A stretch of DNA of 64,000 bases from a virus. The translations under genes and the position numbers were made by a program. Of this stretch, positions 10,801 to 20,556 are shown in pieces; within the stretch, counting starts at the first letter, position 1, and each line of letters opens with the position of its first letter. The notes under the pieces were generated by a model that searched no databases, had not been told where the DNA came from, and worked only from the letters and a program-made list of their open reading frames with translations. The stretch covers positions 32,001 to 96,000 of the IMG/VR virus record IMGVR_UViG_3300034101_003783; one strand, given 5' to 3'.

Positions 10801-11670
10801 GGCATAACTATTAAGGATTGCATCACCAAAAGTAGTTTTTTCGTAAAAATCATTAGTTTTAACATTTGTTTGTTTATAACTAAAATAACCATTAGTACCA
10901 TTTGTTTCTTCTATACCTAAATAAAAAGATAAATTGTTACCTGTTGTTATGGTGTCACCAGTTATTGTCATAGAGGTATCATTACTTATATTAACAACCT
11001 CAAAAAAACTAGGATTTATTCCATCAACATATATTACATCACCTAAACTTAAATCTGTAAATTTTGTATTTGTACCTGTAACAACACCACCTAATGCAAT
11101 GTCAATTAAACCATTTAATGGTAAATCAAATCTATAGGTATATAATTTGTATCTCTTAAATAATATGTTTTTATGGTCATAGTCTGTTCTATTATTAAAC
11201 TCATCAATTCTTTCTGTAATTCTCCCAAAAGCAACACCGTTTGTTACTTCAGTTGTAGAAAAAGTCCAATCATATCTTATTCTGTCAAAGGGGTGTGATG
11301 ATTGATAAGCAACTTCACTTATTGTATTAATGCTTGTTGCTAAAACCATAATAGGTTCTACCGGTCCTTGTTTGTAATTTCCTGTTGTTATTGGGTTATT
11401 GTTTACATCAAAATTAGGTTGATCATAACAAGTTCTAAAATTTACAATGTTATAGAAGGCACCAGGTATTAAACTATTATTTGTAATTAAATTTACAAAT
11501 GATGCGTATGTAATAGGGGTCGCACTTAAAACCCAACTTTGGAAATCTATTATTGGTGTGTGTTTTGTGGTTCCTGTTTGTACATCATAATTAACTATTG
11601 GCATAATGTCTGCCGATGTGTACCCTGTATTTCCTACATATGGTAATTGTGATATTCTTTTATTTGCCAT
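7870..11670 (-). CDS. Tail fibre/tailspike with an Asn-rich beta-helix
   Basis: 1266 aa; many NxIGNxFxxN repeats; N-terminal KRISQLP adaptor motif. Confidence 0.75.
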   Translation of the reverse strand: MANKRISQLPYVGNTGYTSADIMPIVNYDVQTGTTKHTPIIDFQSWVLSATPITYASFVNLITNNSLIPGAFYNIVNFRTCYDQPNFDVNNNPITTGNYKQGPVEPIMVLATSINTISEVAYQSSHPFDRIRYDWTFSTTEVTNGVAFGRITERIDEFNNRTDYDHKNILFKRYKLYTYRFDLPLNGLIDIALGGVVTGTNTKFTDLSLGDVIYVDGINPSFFEVVNISNDTSMTITGDTITTGNNLSFYLGIEETNGTNGYFSYKQTNVKTNDFYEKTTFGDAILNSYAINNYVGDYANNYQNIGSGIFLLSNNLFLEGEYNNNKIGNNSYNNTFGTDNENNVWGDYCFENVSTNDIDECVFGYYFNNNIINCNLSNNIIGDVFESNRFLGENSTSFSDNQIGNNFINNIIYNQFSDNQIGNYFTNNIIGDAFNKNNFVFSSNTIKDNFDNIRLFSNFNNNNIYDDFTKNIIYGVFEGNDIGQGFFANIIDDSFKENVIKNKFSSNTIGDGFVSNSIGNNATKNLFSYNFSSNVINDGFFGNSPINNYFFGFSDFNTISNRNYVTFNDSLDGSIDDLIVGKELIMKVNTIPDRYFSIIFKQWSINNGGFQYERQEYDSVGTPIGNKLLFTKTDFGSEIDVIIPGFLEITRSNIGGGIYNSAVEGSFNSLLSPSGTTWNSIYAQKGDNGSDFSYNRIGNNFKSNTIGNNFGTDSVIPLGNTIGDFFQDNEISNNTYNNNIGNGFNKNVIDDNFIFNNIKNYFVNNTVGPNFQGNDIGDYFGCTNEKQIIGGFFQNNHIGNYFGNDGLTDTGANLIGVVTTVGYSTLKGIPTTINLNNGGSGYSNSTGVPTTYGGTGVGLTVDITTDGFGVIISVTISNAGTYYSVGDIITITTGGNDATITITDINTFNIGETIEDGFGGSAEVVSDNGVDEMIINLIIGDLTVGDTIDNLSGSSAVITGYTIEPLASGFTQNNLIGNTFINNQIGTYFQNNFIRNNFGSYKTTGISNIILDKFSGNTIGNYFGFDLVDNGDGGNIIRNNFAENVIGESFTYNVTVNTSDLGYFNNVIGYGCSRNTITDGFNFNRIADIFYENTLGSYFADNEIGYFFNLNTFADFATDNRIGYFSWINEVGTNFSSNHTNDSFYGNNIGNDFQHNTIGNFCGQPFVSGNIWGSNIFDNQIGDHIVGNQIASNFNNNNIFNDFQGNIVGPNFQYNITQTQITGTDFSPATHVYNSYNCTLFENSGGNNRLSYFDALDNLIIVNVNS

Positions 11671-11688
11671 TTTTTTATTTTATAAATA

Positions 11689-12156
11689 TTAGATTATTAA
11701 TAATGTTGTCGTTGTTGTAACAGGTAATGGTGGTTTAGGCCCTACACAACAAGGAAATTCAGAAACGTAACAACTATCGTATGGTAAGTCATCCGCAATA
11801 AAACTTTCTTGTATATTTATATATAATTTATCTCTTATTGGTAATATTAAAACCCCATCACTATTTCTTAAAAGGAATTGACCTTCATACCTACCAACCT
11901 TTCTTGTGTCTTTATTTGTAAATTGATAATAAATATAATATTCAGGATCTGAGTTTGGGTCTATCATTGTTTTAGAAACAAAACCGGCAGGTCTTGTTAT
12001 TATTTTAGGTATACCAGTTTCAATGTCTACCATAGAAAAAAATATTGCAGAATTTTCTATCAATTCCATCATTCTATTATAATCACTACGACCATCTTTT
12101 ACAACCTGCATTTTAAGTAAGGGTAGTGTGGCGTTTTTTTTAATAAAAAATTCCAT
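11689..12156 (-). CDS. Putative baseplate upper (BppU-like) protein with a poly-Thr tail
   Basis: FFIKKNATLP...YQF...DT...GRYEGQF pattern; ends PVTTTTTLLII. Confidence 0.5.
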   Translation of the reverse strand: MEFFIKKNATLPLLKMQVVKDGRSDYNRMMELIENSAIFFSMVDIETGIPKIITRPAGFVSKTMIDPNSDPEYYIYYQFTNKDTRKVGRYEGQFLLRNSDGVLILPIRDKLYINIQESFIADDLPYDSCYVSEFPCCVGPKPPLPVTTTTTLLII

Positions 12157-12184
12157 TAATCTTTTTTATTAATAAATATAACAA

Positions 12185-13855
12185 CTAACATTCTTTTCTT
12201 AATTGGCCATCATAAAAATCAAATCTATTATGTTCAGTTGGGGTTAGGAGTAAAACGGAAGGATTAATATTACCTTTTATTGTTTCTTGATAACAATGGC
12301 TCATTAATGTTTGTTCATAGGGGTTTTGGAATCTTGTTTTTAAATAACATTTATAGTTTCCTTCTTTTGTCATTAGAATTGGCCAATTTGAAAGATATAT
12401 TTCCCCGCTAGCATATGGTACTCCTTTGTGTGACTTTATGTGTTTAAACTCTAAATTAGGAGAGTTTGGGTCTAAACCTTGTTTTGGTAATGTTTTATTA
12501 TTAACCCAATGTATTTCTCTGAAACTTTGTGGTACATTATACCATGACCATTGTTTATCATGACTACCAAAAAATTCCGTAAAATTTAATTTCAAAAAAT
12601 CAAAATTTTCTTTTTTAATAATTTCTTGTGTTATATTAAATAAATTTTTTACATAACGATTAAATCCATTTTTACATAAACTAGATTCTTTATTATAGAA
12701 AGCCATATCATCCTCAAAAAAATAATAAGTAGATAAATCATTTTGTTCATTAAAATGTTCCGCAATAAATTGTCTACCACCAGTAATACCAATATTATTT
12801 TTTTTGATGTGGCTAAATCCGTACATATCACAAATCCTTAAGTATTCTTCTGTTGTTGTTAAATCTGTGGAATTATTTAATAAAAATTTTTTAGTTTTTT
12901 TTATAAACGAAGGATCATAATCCATCATAGACTCAACCAAAACCTCAAACTGTTTTGGGGAATTAAATGTAATAACGTATAAACCAACACCATTATTATC
13001 TATAGTTTGATCTATTTTTTGTCTTTTATTTTCAAATAAAACAATGTTATTTTTTATGTCCTCAAAAAATTTATATAGTAGTCCGTTTGAATCAATTTTT
13101 ACATGATCAATTAAATTAGAATATTTGTATGTTAGAATTGTAAATAAACTTTCTTCAGTTCCCATGTAACCTGATGACAAAGTATCGTACATTAATTGAT
13201 AATACAAACCATTTAATTGTGATATAGTTTCTCTTGTTCCACCAAAAAATCCACCCCTTGCCACCATATTTGGTTTTTTACCAATGTATTCAGACATAGG
13301 TCCTATTGAAAACCCATGTATCTCTGTGTTTGTTTCGTATGGAAAACAAATAAATGTAAATTTATTAAAAGTATTGTTTATTTTTTCTAAAACTTTGTCA
13401 TGGGTGAAATACCCAACATTCACCGTGTTTGTAATTCCCGCATCAACCCAATATAATTTTTCTGAATTAAATGGGTCAAGTAACATGGCATCATGTAGTA
13501 AAAACATTTTAGACATAACAAGTGGGTTATACATATCTAACTTACCTTGTGTTGAATCTTTTAACCAACCTACTTGGTTATACCATTCTGGATTATTTCT
13601 TATATTTTGTATTTTATTATAAAAGTCATTATTTTTAAACCAACTTAAATCTCTTAATATAAATCTTGTTTTGTTTTGATCTCTACCTTGAGATATAACA
13701 AATTTTTGAAGTTCAGGGTCCCCAAAAATTATCATGTTACAATCAATTTTTAATGTTTCTTTAAATCTTTCTAAATAGAAATCGAAATTTCTTGACCAAC
13801 CTTCGGTCATATTACCTCTACCTATATCCCACAAACCTGTAACTAATGTTATCAT
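12185..13855 (-). CDS. HtrL/YibB-like domain fused to a GT-A glycosyltransferase domain
   Basis: N-terminal TLVTGLWDIGR, SKMFLL, YWVDAG, GGFFGG; C-terminal YFFEDD motif. Confidence 0.65.
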   Translation of the reverse strand: MITLVTGLWDIGRGNMTEGWSRNFDFYLERFKETLKIDCNMIIFGDPELQKFVISQGRDQNKTRFILRDLSWFKNNDFYNKIQNIRNNPEWYNQVGWLKDSTQGKLDMYNPLVMSKMFLLHDAMLLDPFNSEKLYWVDAGITNTVNVGYFTHDKVLEKINNTFNKFTFICFPYETNTEIHGFSIGPMSEYIGKKPNMVARGGFFGGTRETISQLNGLYYQLMYDTLSSGYMGTEESLFTILTYKYSNLIDHVKIDSNGLLYKFFEDIKNNIVLFENKRQKIDQTIDNNGVGLYVITFNSPKQFEVLVESMMDYDPSFIKKTKKFLLNNSTDLTTTEEYLRICDMYGFSHIKKNNIGITGGRQFIAEHFNEQNDLSTYYFFEDDMAFYNKESSLCKNGFNRYVKNLFNITQEIIKKENFDFLKLNFTEFFGSHDKQWSWYNVPQSFREIHWVNNKTLPKQGLDPNSPNLEFKHIKSHKGVPYASGEIYLSNWPILMTKEGNYKCYLKTRFQNPYEQTLMSHCYQETIKGNINPSVLLLTPTEHNRFDFYDGQLRKEC

Positions 13856-13863
13856 TTTGTTTT

Positions 13864-14544
13864 TTATTCTTTATTAAGTTTATCATATATAAAATTATGG
13901 TAGTTACCCTGTATCCAAACATCGTAATTAACAGGACCATTAGGTTGTAAAGTTGATACAAACCCAACGGCATGATTTATCATTAAAGGTATTGTAGTTA
14001 GAACTTTAAACCCCTTTGAAGATAATAAACATAGATGGTCATCTATTGCAATATAATCTTTTTTGTAATTAATATTATCAATTAAATGTTCATAAGCTCT
14101 TTTTTTTATTAGATAGGCCCATGAACCAGTACTTTTAGTTACCGAATATAGATTGTCCGTCACATATTTTAAATCTTCCTTTGGGTTACACCCAAGCAAT
14201 ACAACATCCCACTCAACAGATTTTAAATCTAAAACAACTTTTTTTAATACTTCCGTAAATTCTTTTTTTTCTTTTGGGTAATAACAAATATCCTCAATAT
14301 TAAAATCATCTTCCCCCACAAAAATTATTTCTAAATTTTCTTTTTTTGCAATCTTAAATAATTCTAAATGACTTTTAGTACAAGAATAAACTTTTAAATC
14401 ATCTGTTTGGGCAGGAAACCTAAATAAGTTTTTTATCTCATATTTAGAAATCAAACTATTAACATGGATTAACCTATCTACACTACTATCAAGATTTATA
14501 AAAAAACCCTTGTTGGCTAAAACCTCATTTAAAATACTAAACAT
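13864..14544 (-). CDS. Glycosyltransferase family 25
   Basis: FINLDSSVDR, CTKSH, GEDD, STGSWAYLI, IDD. Confidence 0.8.
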   Translation of the reverse strand: MFSILNEVLANKGFFINLDSSVDRLIHVNSLISKYEIKNLFRFPAQTDDLKVYSCTKSHLELFKIAKKENLEIIFVGEDDFNIEDICYYPKEKKEFTEVLKKVVLDLKSVEWDVVLLGCNPKEDLKYVTDNLYSVTKSTGSWAYLIKKRAYEHLIDNINYKKDYIAIDDHLCLLSSKGFKVLTTIPLMINHAVGFVSTLQPNGPVNYDVWIQGNYHNFIYDKLNKE

Positions 14545-14547
14545 TTT

Positions 14548-15795
14548 TTATAAATTACCCGTTATTCTATTACACCACCCTTTTGATTTAGAGTAAGGCC
14601 AAACAACCCAATACTTTGGTTTTTCTGTTGTATTAAATTCTCTCCATACTTTACAGTATCCATCAGGATCCTTTTTCATTCTAAGGATTTCATTAGTGTC
14701 CGCATCTTGTCTGTGAAGAGTCTCATCCTTACTATTATGAAATGCAACAACCCAAAACTCATAATCATTTTCTGGAACATCGTTAAACGAAACATCAATA
14801 CAATGTTTAAAGATCATTGAAAAACTATTAATCCATTCTTCCTCGTTCTTATATTCATATGGGTTTGGTGGATATTTCTTATCTATTGTATATTGTTGTA
14901 CTGCTCTTTTAGAGAATAAAATACCCGAATATTTTTCATAGTCTTTAATCGTTCTTTCAGACCCCATACCATAAATCCCAATATCCTCATTTAAAGTTTC
15001 ACCGTCAACACCTAAAAGTTTTCTATTTTTAGAATGTGACGAATCATTTTTCTTATACCATTCTTTATCATCATCCCATTGTTTTGTTCTACCTTTTCTT
15101 GTGTATTCATGCCAAATTACAACTTTGTGTGGGTGAAATAAATCATACCCATGGGTATAAGACCTTACCGCAATTGATATTTCTTCTCCATGAAAATAAT
15201 ATTCAGGGTCATGTTGTACTTCTTTTGTAAATTCACCTAATGTAAAACAAAAATGAGCCGAGTAGAATCTTGCAGGAATAGGACCCGTTAAGTCTTTCCA
15301 ATTAGGAATCACTTCGGGTAAAAAGAAAACACAACCTTCAGGTGTAAATCTATCAAACGCCATTCTCCATGGTTCAGTTACTCTACCTTGTGGGTCGTTA
15401 TCAGGATCAAAAGACGAAACATATCCGGTTAATAAAGGTTTTTTATAACCCTTATTCTGTAAATCTGTAATCATACTAATAAGAGTAGAATCCCAACCCT
15501 TCTCAAACCTCATATGAGAATCTATTTGTAATGTGTACTCCTCATTGTCGTATTGTTGTTGTGTAAGATTTCTTGCCCAACAAACTCCTTTTGATTCTAC
15601 GTACGGAATATTTAAAATTTTAAATCTCTTATCATTATCAAACTCAGAAAGATCATCAAATTTATCTTCTTCATTAAATTGTCTTGCAATTGAAAAAACT
15701 AAGTTCTCAGGGTTTTTTGCTTTATCTAAACAATCTTTGATTGTTGGTACTAATTGTGGATCTCTGTAAGACGCAATCTGTATAAAAATTTTCAT
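14548..15795 (-). CDS. GT60-family (Skp1-hydroxyproline/polypeptide alpha-GlcNAc transferase-like) glycosyltransferase
   Basis: IFIQIASYRD, KGVCWAR, LQIDSHMRF (DxH), HGEEI, WHEY. Confidence 0.8.
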   Translation of the reverse strand: MKIFIQIASYRDPQLVPTIKDCLDKAKNPENLVFSIARQFNEEDKFDDLSEFDNDKRFKILNIPYVESKGVCWARNLTQQQYDNEEYTLQIDSHMRFEKGWDSTLISMITDLQNKGYKKPLLTGYVSSFDPDNDPQGRVTEPWRMAFDRFTPEGCVFFLPEVIPNWKDLTGPIPARFYSAHFCFTLGEFTKEVQHDPEYYFHGEEISIAVRSYTHGYDLFHPHKVVIWHEYTRKGRTKQWDDDKEWYKKNDSSHSKNRKLLGVDGETLNEDIGIYGMGSERTIKDYEKYSGILFSKRAVQQYTIDKKYPPNPYEYKNEEEWINSFSMIFKHCIDVSFNDVPENDYEFWVVAFHNSKDETLHRQDADTNEILRMKKDPDGYCKVWREFNTTEKPKYWVVWPYSKSKGWCNRITGNL

Positions 15796-15843
15796 TTACT
15801 TTTTTTGTAAAAAATAATAAACAAATAAAATAAAATAAATAAT

Positions 15844-16314
15844 TTAAAGACAAAGATTAGAAACACAAGGAGGTCCTGTTACAATATTAACGTTAACTAA
15901 ATTTGTAACGTTTGAAGCACAAAAATATGTTGGCAATATGTGACCTATTGGTACTAATGTATTAATATTACCAAAACAATCTACAAAATCTAACGTTCCA
16001 CCTTCTATCGTTAATGCGATTGCCTCTATACAGTTACATTCCGTAGGTAAAGGGCTTGGGGTTGGTGTGGGTGTTGGTGTAGGGCTTGGTGTAATACATG
16101 TATATAACTCAAACCTATCACAACCTTCCCCATCTATTATTTTAACTAACAAAGATCCTGACGTATTTAATGGTGACGGAACAGTAAAAGTGTAAGACGG
16201 TGGACAAGAAGTAAGTCCCGTTATATAAACACATATTGTATTTGTTATGTCACAAACATAAACATCATAAGGAGATGTACCAGTAATAACGTTTATGGTT
16301 ATTTCATTTGACAT
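15844..16314 (-). CDS. Cys-containing putative virion protein with a Pro-Thr linker
   Basis: [14 protein letters not shown] between two Cys-containing beta domains. Confidence 0.6.
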   Translation of the reverse strand: MSNEITINVITGTSPYDVYVCDITNTICVYITGLTSCPPSYTFTVPSPLNTSGSLLVKIIDGEGCDRFELYTCITPSPTPTPTPTPSPLPTECNCIEAIALTIEGGTLDFVDCFGNINTLVPIGHILPTYFCASNVTNLVNVNIVTGPPCVSNLCL

Positions 16315-16644
16315 TTAATTATTATTGATTATTTGATTGTAAACTAATAAAATCCCCTCACCATAAGAAGGATACTGATTCATTTCATTTTTAGTTTTTA
16401 TAATTTCCACAGATTTTATTTCTCCGTCTAATAAATAAAATTTAACCGTTTCCCAATCACTAATATCTTCAGGATTTTTCACATAAGTTAAATCATTTAT
16501 CATACAAATAAAAAAATCATTTAATAACGTAATTAAATTATTTTGATCATCTAAAAAAAATGTTTCGTTCGGGACTGAGTAAGTGTTGATATTTTTATCA
16601 ACATTATACAACTCCATAAAAAAGTATTTTTGATTGTTTGCCAT
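16315..16644 (-). CDS. Hypothetical protein
   Basis: 109-aa ORF abutting its neighbours. Confidence 0.55.
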   Translation of the reverse strand: MANNQKYFFMELYNVDKNINTYSVPNETFFLDDQNNLITLLNDFFICMINDLTYVKNPEDISDWETVKFYLLDGEIKSVEIIKTKNEMNQYPSYGEGILLVYNQIINNN

Positions 16645-16648
16645 AATT

Positions 16649-17626
16649 TTAATTTTTTATTATTATTATATATAATTCTCCTTGTCTTGAGTTGCCCGAA
16701 ACCCCAGATACCGCCGCCCCTTGAGCCGCAGTACTTGTATTAACGTACCTAGCCCTAATATCAATTGTATGACTTCCTGCACTTAAATTTAATATAGAAC
16801 TTAATGACCATGTTGTATTAGTAAAGGCCACATTTATAGTGTTTGGGTTCATTGTGTTTATGTGATTAAATCCACCATCTGTTTGTAAAGATCCATCAAC
16901 AAAAATACCAATGTAAGATGTAAATGTATAATTAGACCCATTGGTGTTACCTATACCTCCTATTGAAGACACATAAACAGAACAATTACTAGGGACGGTA
17001 AAGGTTTGGGATAATCCTGGAACAACAAAATATGCTGTAGTTGCATTTGATAAAGGAAGAGATGCGTTACCATATAGTTTATATGTTGTCTGACCTAACC
17101 CAGCAACTAATTTACCTGATGAATCAAAAGATGCTGCTTGATTTGGTGTTCCTGTTGTATTACCTACATTTACTGTAGAAGAACTAAAAGTTGTTGCAAT
17201 TAGTCCTTGTGCGGACGTATTACCGGTTATATTTAAATTTCCATTAACGGTTAAACCTGTTACAGTATTAATTGTTTGAGTTAAATCGGGTTGACCATTA
17301 TTTTGTTTTATTGTGAAAACATTATCACTATATGTAAAACCTGTAACATATGTGTCAGGATCAATTGGTAAATTTTGATATGTTGTTGCCGATATGATAT
17401 TTGTATTTATACCGTTTGTAAAAGAAGTAGATCCGGTAACTGTTCCTCCGCTTAATGGTAAAAAATAGTTATAAGAATCTATTATGACATAATCTTTAAC
17501 ATCATCTATCTTTGTGTTACTTGTGGTTCCTGTCGGATTTAAATAGTTAACAAAAACTAATAAATCAATTGGTGTATAGCCGGTATTTCCGATATAAGGA
17601 AACTGTGATATTTTAACATCAGACAT
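16649..17626 (-). CDS. Tail-fibre-like protein
   Basis: N-terminus KISQFPYIGNTGYT shared with the 7870..11670 protein; LPLSGGTVTG fibre motif. Confidence 0.65.
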   Translation of the reverse strand: MSDVKISQFPYIGNTGYTPIDLLVFVNYLNPTGTTSNTKIDDVKDYVIIDSYNYFLPLSGGTVTGSTSFTNGINTNIISATTYQNLPIDPDTYVTGFTYSDNVFTIKQNNGQPDLTQTINTVTGLTVNGNLNITGNTSAQGLIATTFSSSTVNVGNTTGTPNQAASFDSSGKLVAGLGQTTYKLYGNASLPLSNATTAYFVVPGLSQTFTVPSNCSVYVSSIGGIGNTNGSNYTFTSYIGIFVDGSLQTDGGFNHINTMNPNTINVAFTNTTWSLSSILNLSAGSHTIDIRARYVNTSTAAQGAAVSGVSGNSRQGELYIIIIKN

Positions 17627-17651
17627 TTTTTATTTTTTTATTATAAATAGT

Positions 17652-18320
17652 TTATTCTGCAATTATGTACTGACTTATTTCTGATAGAATTTTATTCCCA
17701 TCTTCACTAACAATATAAAATACGAATGCCGTTACTGTTGGTGTTGGTGTACTAGTAACTGTTGGTGTTGGGGTATTAGTTCCTGTCGGAGTAGGTTTTG
17801 GTGTATTAGTTCCTGTCGGAGTAGGTGTTGGTGTACATCCACAAGGGTTTGTACAAGTTTGAGTTGGTTTAGGTGGTTTAACTGTTGGTGTTGGTGTTGG
17901 GTTATTACAACCACAAGGGTTTGTACAAGTCTCACTTGGTGTTGGTGTTATTGTTGGAGTAACGCTTATTGTTGGAGTAACTGTAGGTGTTGGTGTTGGT
18001 ACTTTACATGGATCCAAAGTTGTTGTAGGAGTATTAGTTGGTGTTGGGGTTGGTGTTTGAGTTCTTGTTGGAGTATTAGTTGGTGTTGGGGTTGGTGTAG
18101 ATCTAGGGACATTAATTATGTTCACACATTTACTACCATTTACTAAAATTGTATATGTTCCGTAAATTTCTCTTGGTGGGTTTAATTCGTTAGGAAAAAA
18201 TACAAAAGGTAATATAACTTGACCTAAATTTATTGTTATTAAATCATTATCCGGTTTAAAAAGTACTGTTACACTTTCTCCACTAAAATTTATACTTTCT
18301 ATTGTAATACTTAAACTCAT
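17652..18320 (-). CDS. Mucin-like Pro/Thr-rich protein with CTNPCGC repeats
   Basis: About 125 aa of (PT)n with two TCTNPCGC units. Confidence 0.7.
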   Translation of the reverse strand: MSLSITIESINFSGESVTVLFKPDNDLITINLGQVILPFVFFPNELNPPREIYGTYTILVNGSKCVNIINVPRSTPTPTPTNTPTRTQTPTPTPTNTPTTTLDPCKVPTPTPTVTPTISVTPTITPTPSETCTNPCGCNNPTPTPTVKPPKPTQTCTNPCGCTPTPTPTGTNTPKPTPTGTNTPTPTVTSTPTPTVTAFVFYIVSEDGNKILSEISQYIIAE

Positions 18321-20503
18321 ATAATAACTGTAGTTGTTGTAGTAATATTATCATTAATTTGATATGTTAAATCATTTGTTGGACAAAATTTAGTATCACA
18401 AACAGGGCAGTCAGGATCAAACAAATCAAATTTATCTTTTAAAATAATAAAATTATGTTTTATTTCATCAGAAGATAAAGGATCAATATACATTCTAAAT
18501 TGAGATATACCACCTTCAAAAGTACCCCCAAAATTTTGTTCTAATAAAATATTTGTGTTTAACCCAGATAAACTAGTTCCACTTAAAATATTATTTGGTA
18601 GACATTCAGGATCTTGTATGTAATTTGATGTTAATGCGGAACAAGAAGAAAATGTTAGGTTCTCATGTAATCCTTGTGTACCACCTCCCCAAGAAATATT
18701 AAATGGTACACCTATTTGTTTTTCTTTATCGGTAAATAAACCTCTAGGTATTACCTCTTCAAAGTCCTCAATGGTATATATCTTTTTCCCATTAACATAA
18801 ATTTTTAATCTACCCAACCTGTATTTTTTTTCGTCTAACCATATATCATTTAAATTAACTAACTCAATTAATTCTCCATCTTTATCTAAATGAGTTAGTG
18901 GAGGTTTTATAAGATCAACAGAATTATTAGATAAAGAATCTAAATATTCAAATTTAGTTATATCCCCTAATCCACCATAAAATTTTAAATCACAGAAATC
19001 AAACCATGAATATCTTTCCCATACAACATTAACTAAAAACCAATGTTCTTCATCTAAGAAGGCTGGATTGACAACCTCACAATATGGGTATATTGGGGGT
19101 GAGCAATACTCATCAATAGTATACCCTGTTACATATGTTTGTCCTGTTGTGCAAGTTCCTGTTGTTTCACATCCACCAGTAAACCTTAAAACTTTAACCC
19201 CAATTTGTGGATTTTTTGGATTTCCACATAATTTAAAAGATATATTATTAGACATAACATCAAACAATGGGTCTGTCTCACAGGTGTATTCCACAGACGT
19301 AAAACCTGTATATTCACAACTTGTACATTCATCACATTTATAACATTTTGTACAACTTGGGGTACATATAGGTGTTTGCACATTACAATTAGGTGTTGGG
19401 CTTGGGGTTGGTGTTGGGGTTGGAGTTGGTATTACCACAGTCTTACAATTATGTATCTGACATTCCCACCCACAAGACTCACAAGGAGATTCGTTACAAC
19501 CACAACCACAAGTTACTGAAACCTCAAGGTTACCATTACATAACCTACAACCATAATTTACATGTGGATCATGTTGATTATTTTTAGATCTAGGAGGGTA
19601 AACATATATACACCTACTATTAGTTACAGTCTTATCACAACAAGCACATGTTGACGGACAACCACTTAGAGATTCTGTAACTCTAGTATATCCTGTCAGA
19701 CAATTTGGGTGTCCGTCAGCATGGTGGTAAAATTTATTTTCCGCTCTTGTACCAAAATAAAAAAAGGTGTTTTTATTTTTTGGGTACAATAAATTTAATG
19801 TGGTTTCATTTGGTAATGGGGAGTATTCATCAACAAGTCTTGGTTTTAATAACATCTCAACGGACCAACCTTTAGATGTTCTTTCTGGTAAAACTTCATA
19901 ATCAAAACCAAATAACTTATAAAAACCTTGATAAAATCCACCATATAGTTCATGGTATTTACCTATAATAGGATCATTTTTACTTACAATTTCGTATAAA
20001 GTATTTTTAGATATTCCTGAAAATCTATTATTATTTTCTGTATATCCCGTTACTTGGAATAACTTAAATCTTCTATCAAAATGTAATCTATCAAATTTTA
20101 AAAAATCATCATATAAACCTTTTGTATAATTTAAAGTCTCTCCGGTCATTTTTTCTACCAACCCATTGTCTACCCCCGTTAATCCAACATCACATAGTGT
20201 TGTTGAGGAAAAACAAGTTAAATCTTCATTATTTGGGTTGTAATAATTTTGTGAAACAAAAACATTGTTTGGATTAAAATTTTTATATGTTAATGTTAAT
20301 CCTGTTTGTGAGGTTAAAGGGTTGTTAATATCAATATTAATTGGTAATTTATTACCATAAGTTTCTGCGATTAAGTATGGTGAAAATACAACTTCTTCTT
20401 TATAGTTTCTTTCATCAGAAGCTAAAGACATATCCATAGATTCAGAAACAAGATTAATTTTGTATTTCTGATACACATATTGATTAATATTTTGTTCCGC
20501 CAT
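18317..20503 (-). CDS. Putative virion protein: LamG/ConA-like fold, Cys-rich insert, PT linker, poly-Thr tail
   Basis: LKIYVNG and [11 protein letters not shown] (LamG-like); CxxC clusters; [13 protein letters not shown]; ends ITTTTTVII. Confidence 0.65.
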   Translation of the reverse strand: MAEQNINQYVYQKYKINLVSESMDMSLASDERNYKEEVVFSPYLIAETYGNKLPINIDINNPLTSQTGLTLTYKNFNPNNVFVSQNYYNPNNEDLTCFSSTTLCDVGLTGVDNGLVEKMTGETLNYTKGLYDDFLKFDRLHFDRRFKLFQVTGYTENNNRFSGISKNTLYEIVSKNDPIIGKYHELYGGFYQGFYKLFGFDYEVLPERTSKGWSVEMLLKPRLVDEYSPLPNETTLNLLYPKNKNTFFYFGTRAENKFYHHADGHPNCLTGYTRVTESLSGCPSTCACCDKTVTNSRCIYVYPPRSKNNQHDPHVNYGCRLCNGNLEVSVTCGCGCNESPCESCGWECQIHNCKTVVIPTPTPTPTPSPTPNCNVQTPICTPSCTKCYKCDECTSCEYTGFTSVEYTCETDPLFDVMSNNISFKLCGNPKNPQIGVKVLRFTGGCETTGTCTTGQTYVTGYTIDEYCSPPIYPYCEVVNPAFLDEEHWFLVNVVWERYSWFDFCDLKFYGGLGDITKFEYLDSLSNNSVDLIKPPLTHLDKDGELIELVNLNDIWLDEKKYRLGRLKIYVNGKKIYTIEDFEEVIPRGLFTDKEKQIGVPFNISWGGGTQGLHENLTFSSCSALTSNYIQDPECLPNNILSGTSLSGLNTNILLEQNFGGTFEGGISQFRMYIDPLSSDEIKHNFIILKDKFDLFDPDCPVCDTKFCPTNDLTYQINDNITTTTTVII

Positions 20504-20556
20504 TCTTTTTATTTAATAAATACACCAAATCAAAGTATTTATATAAAAAACTATTT

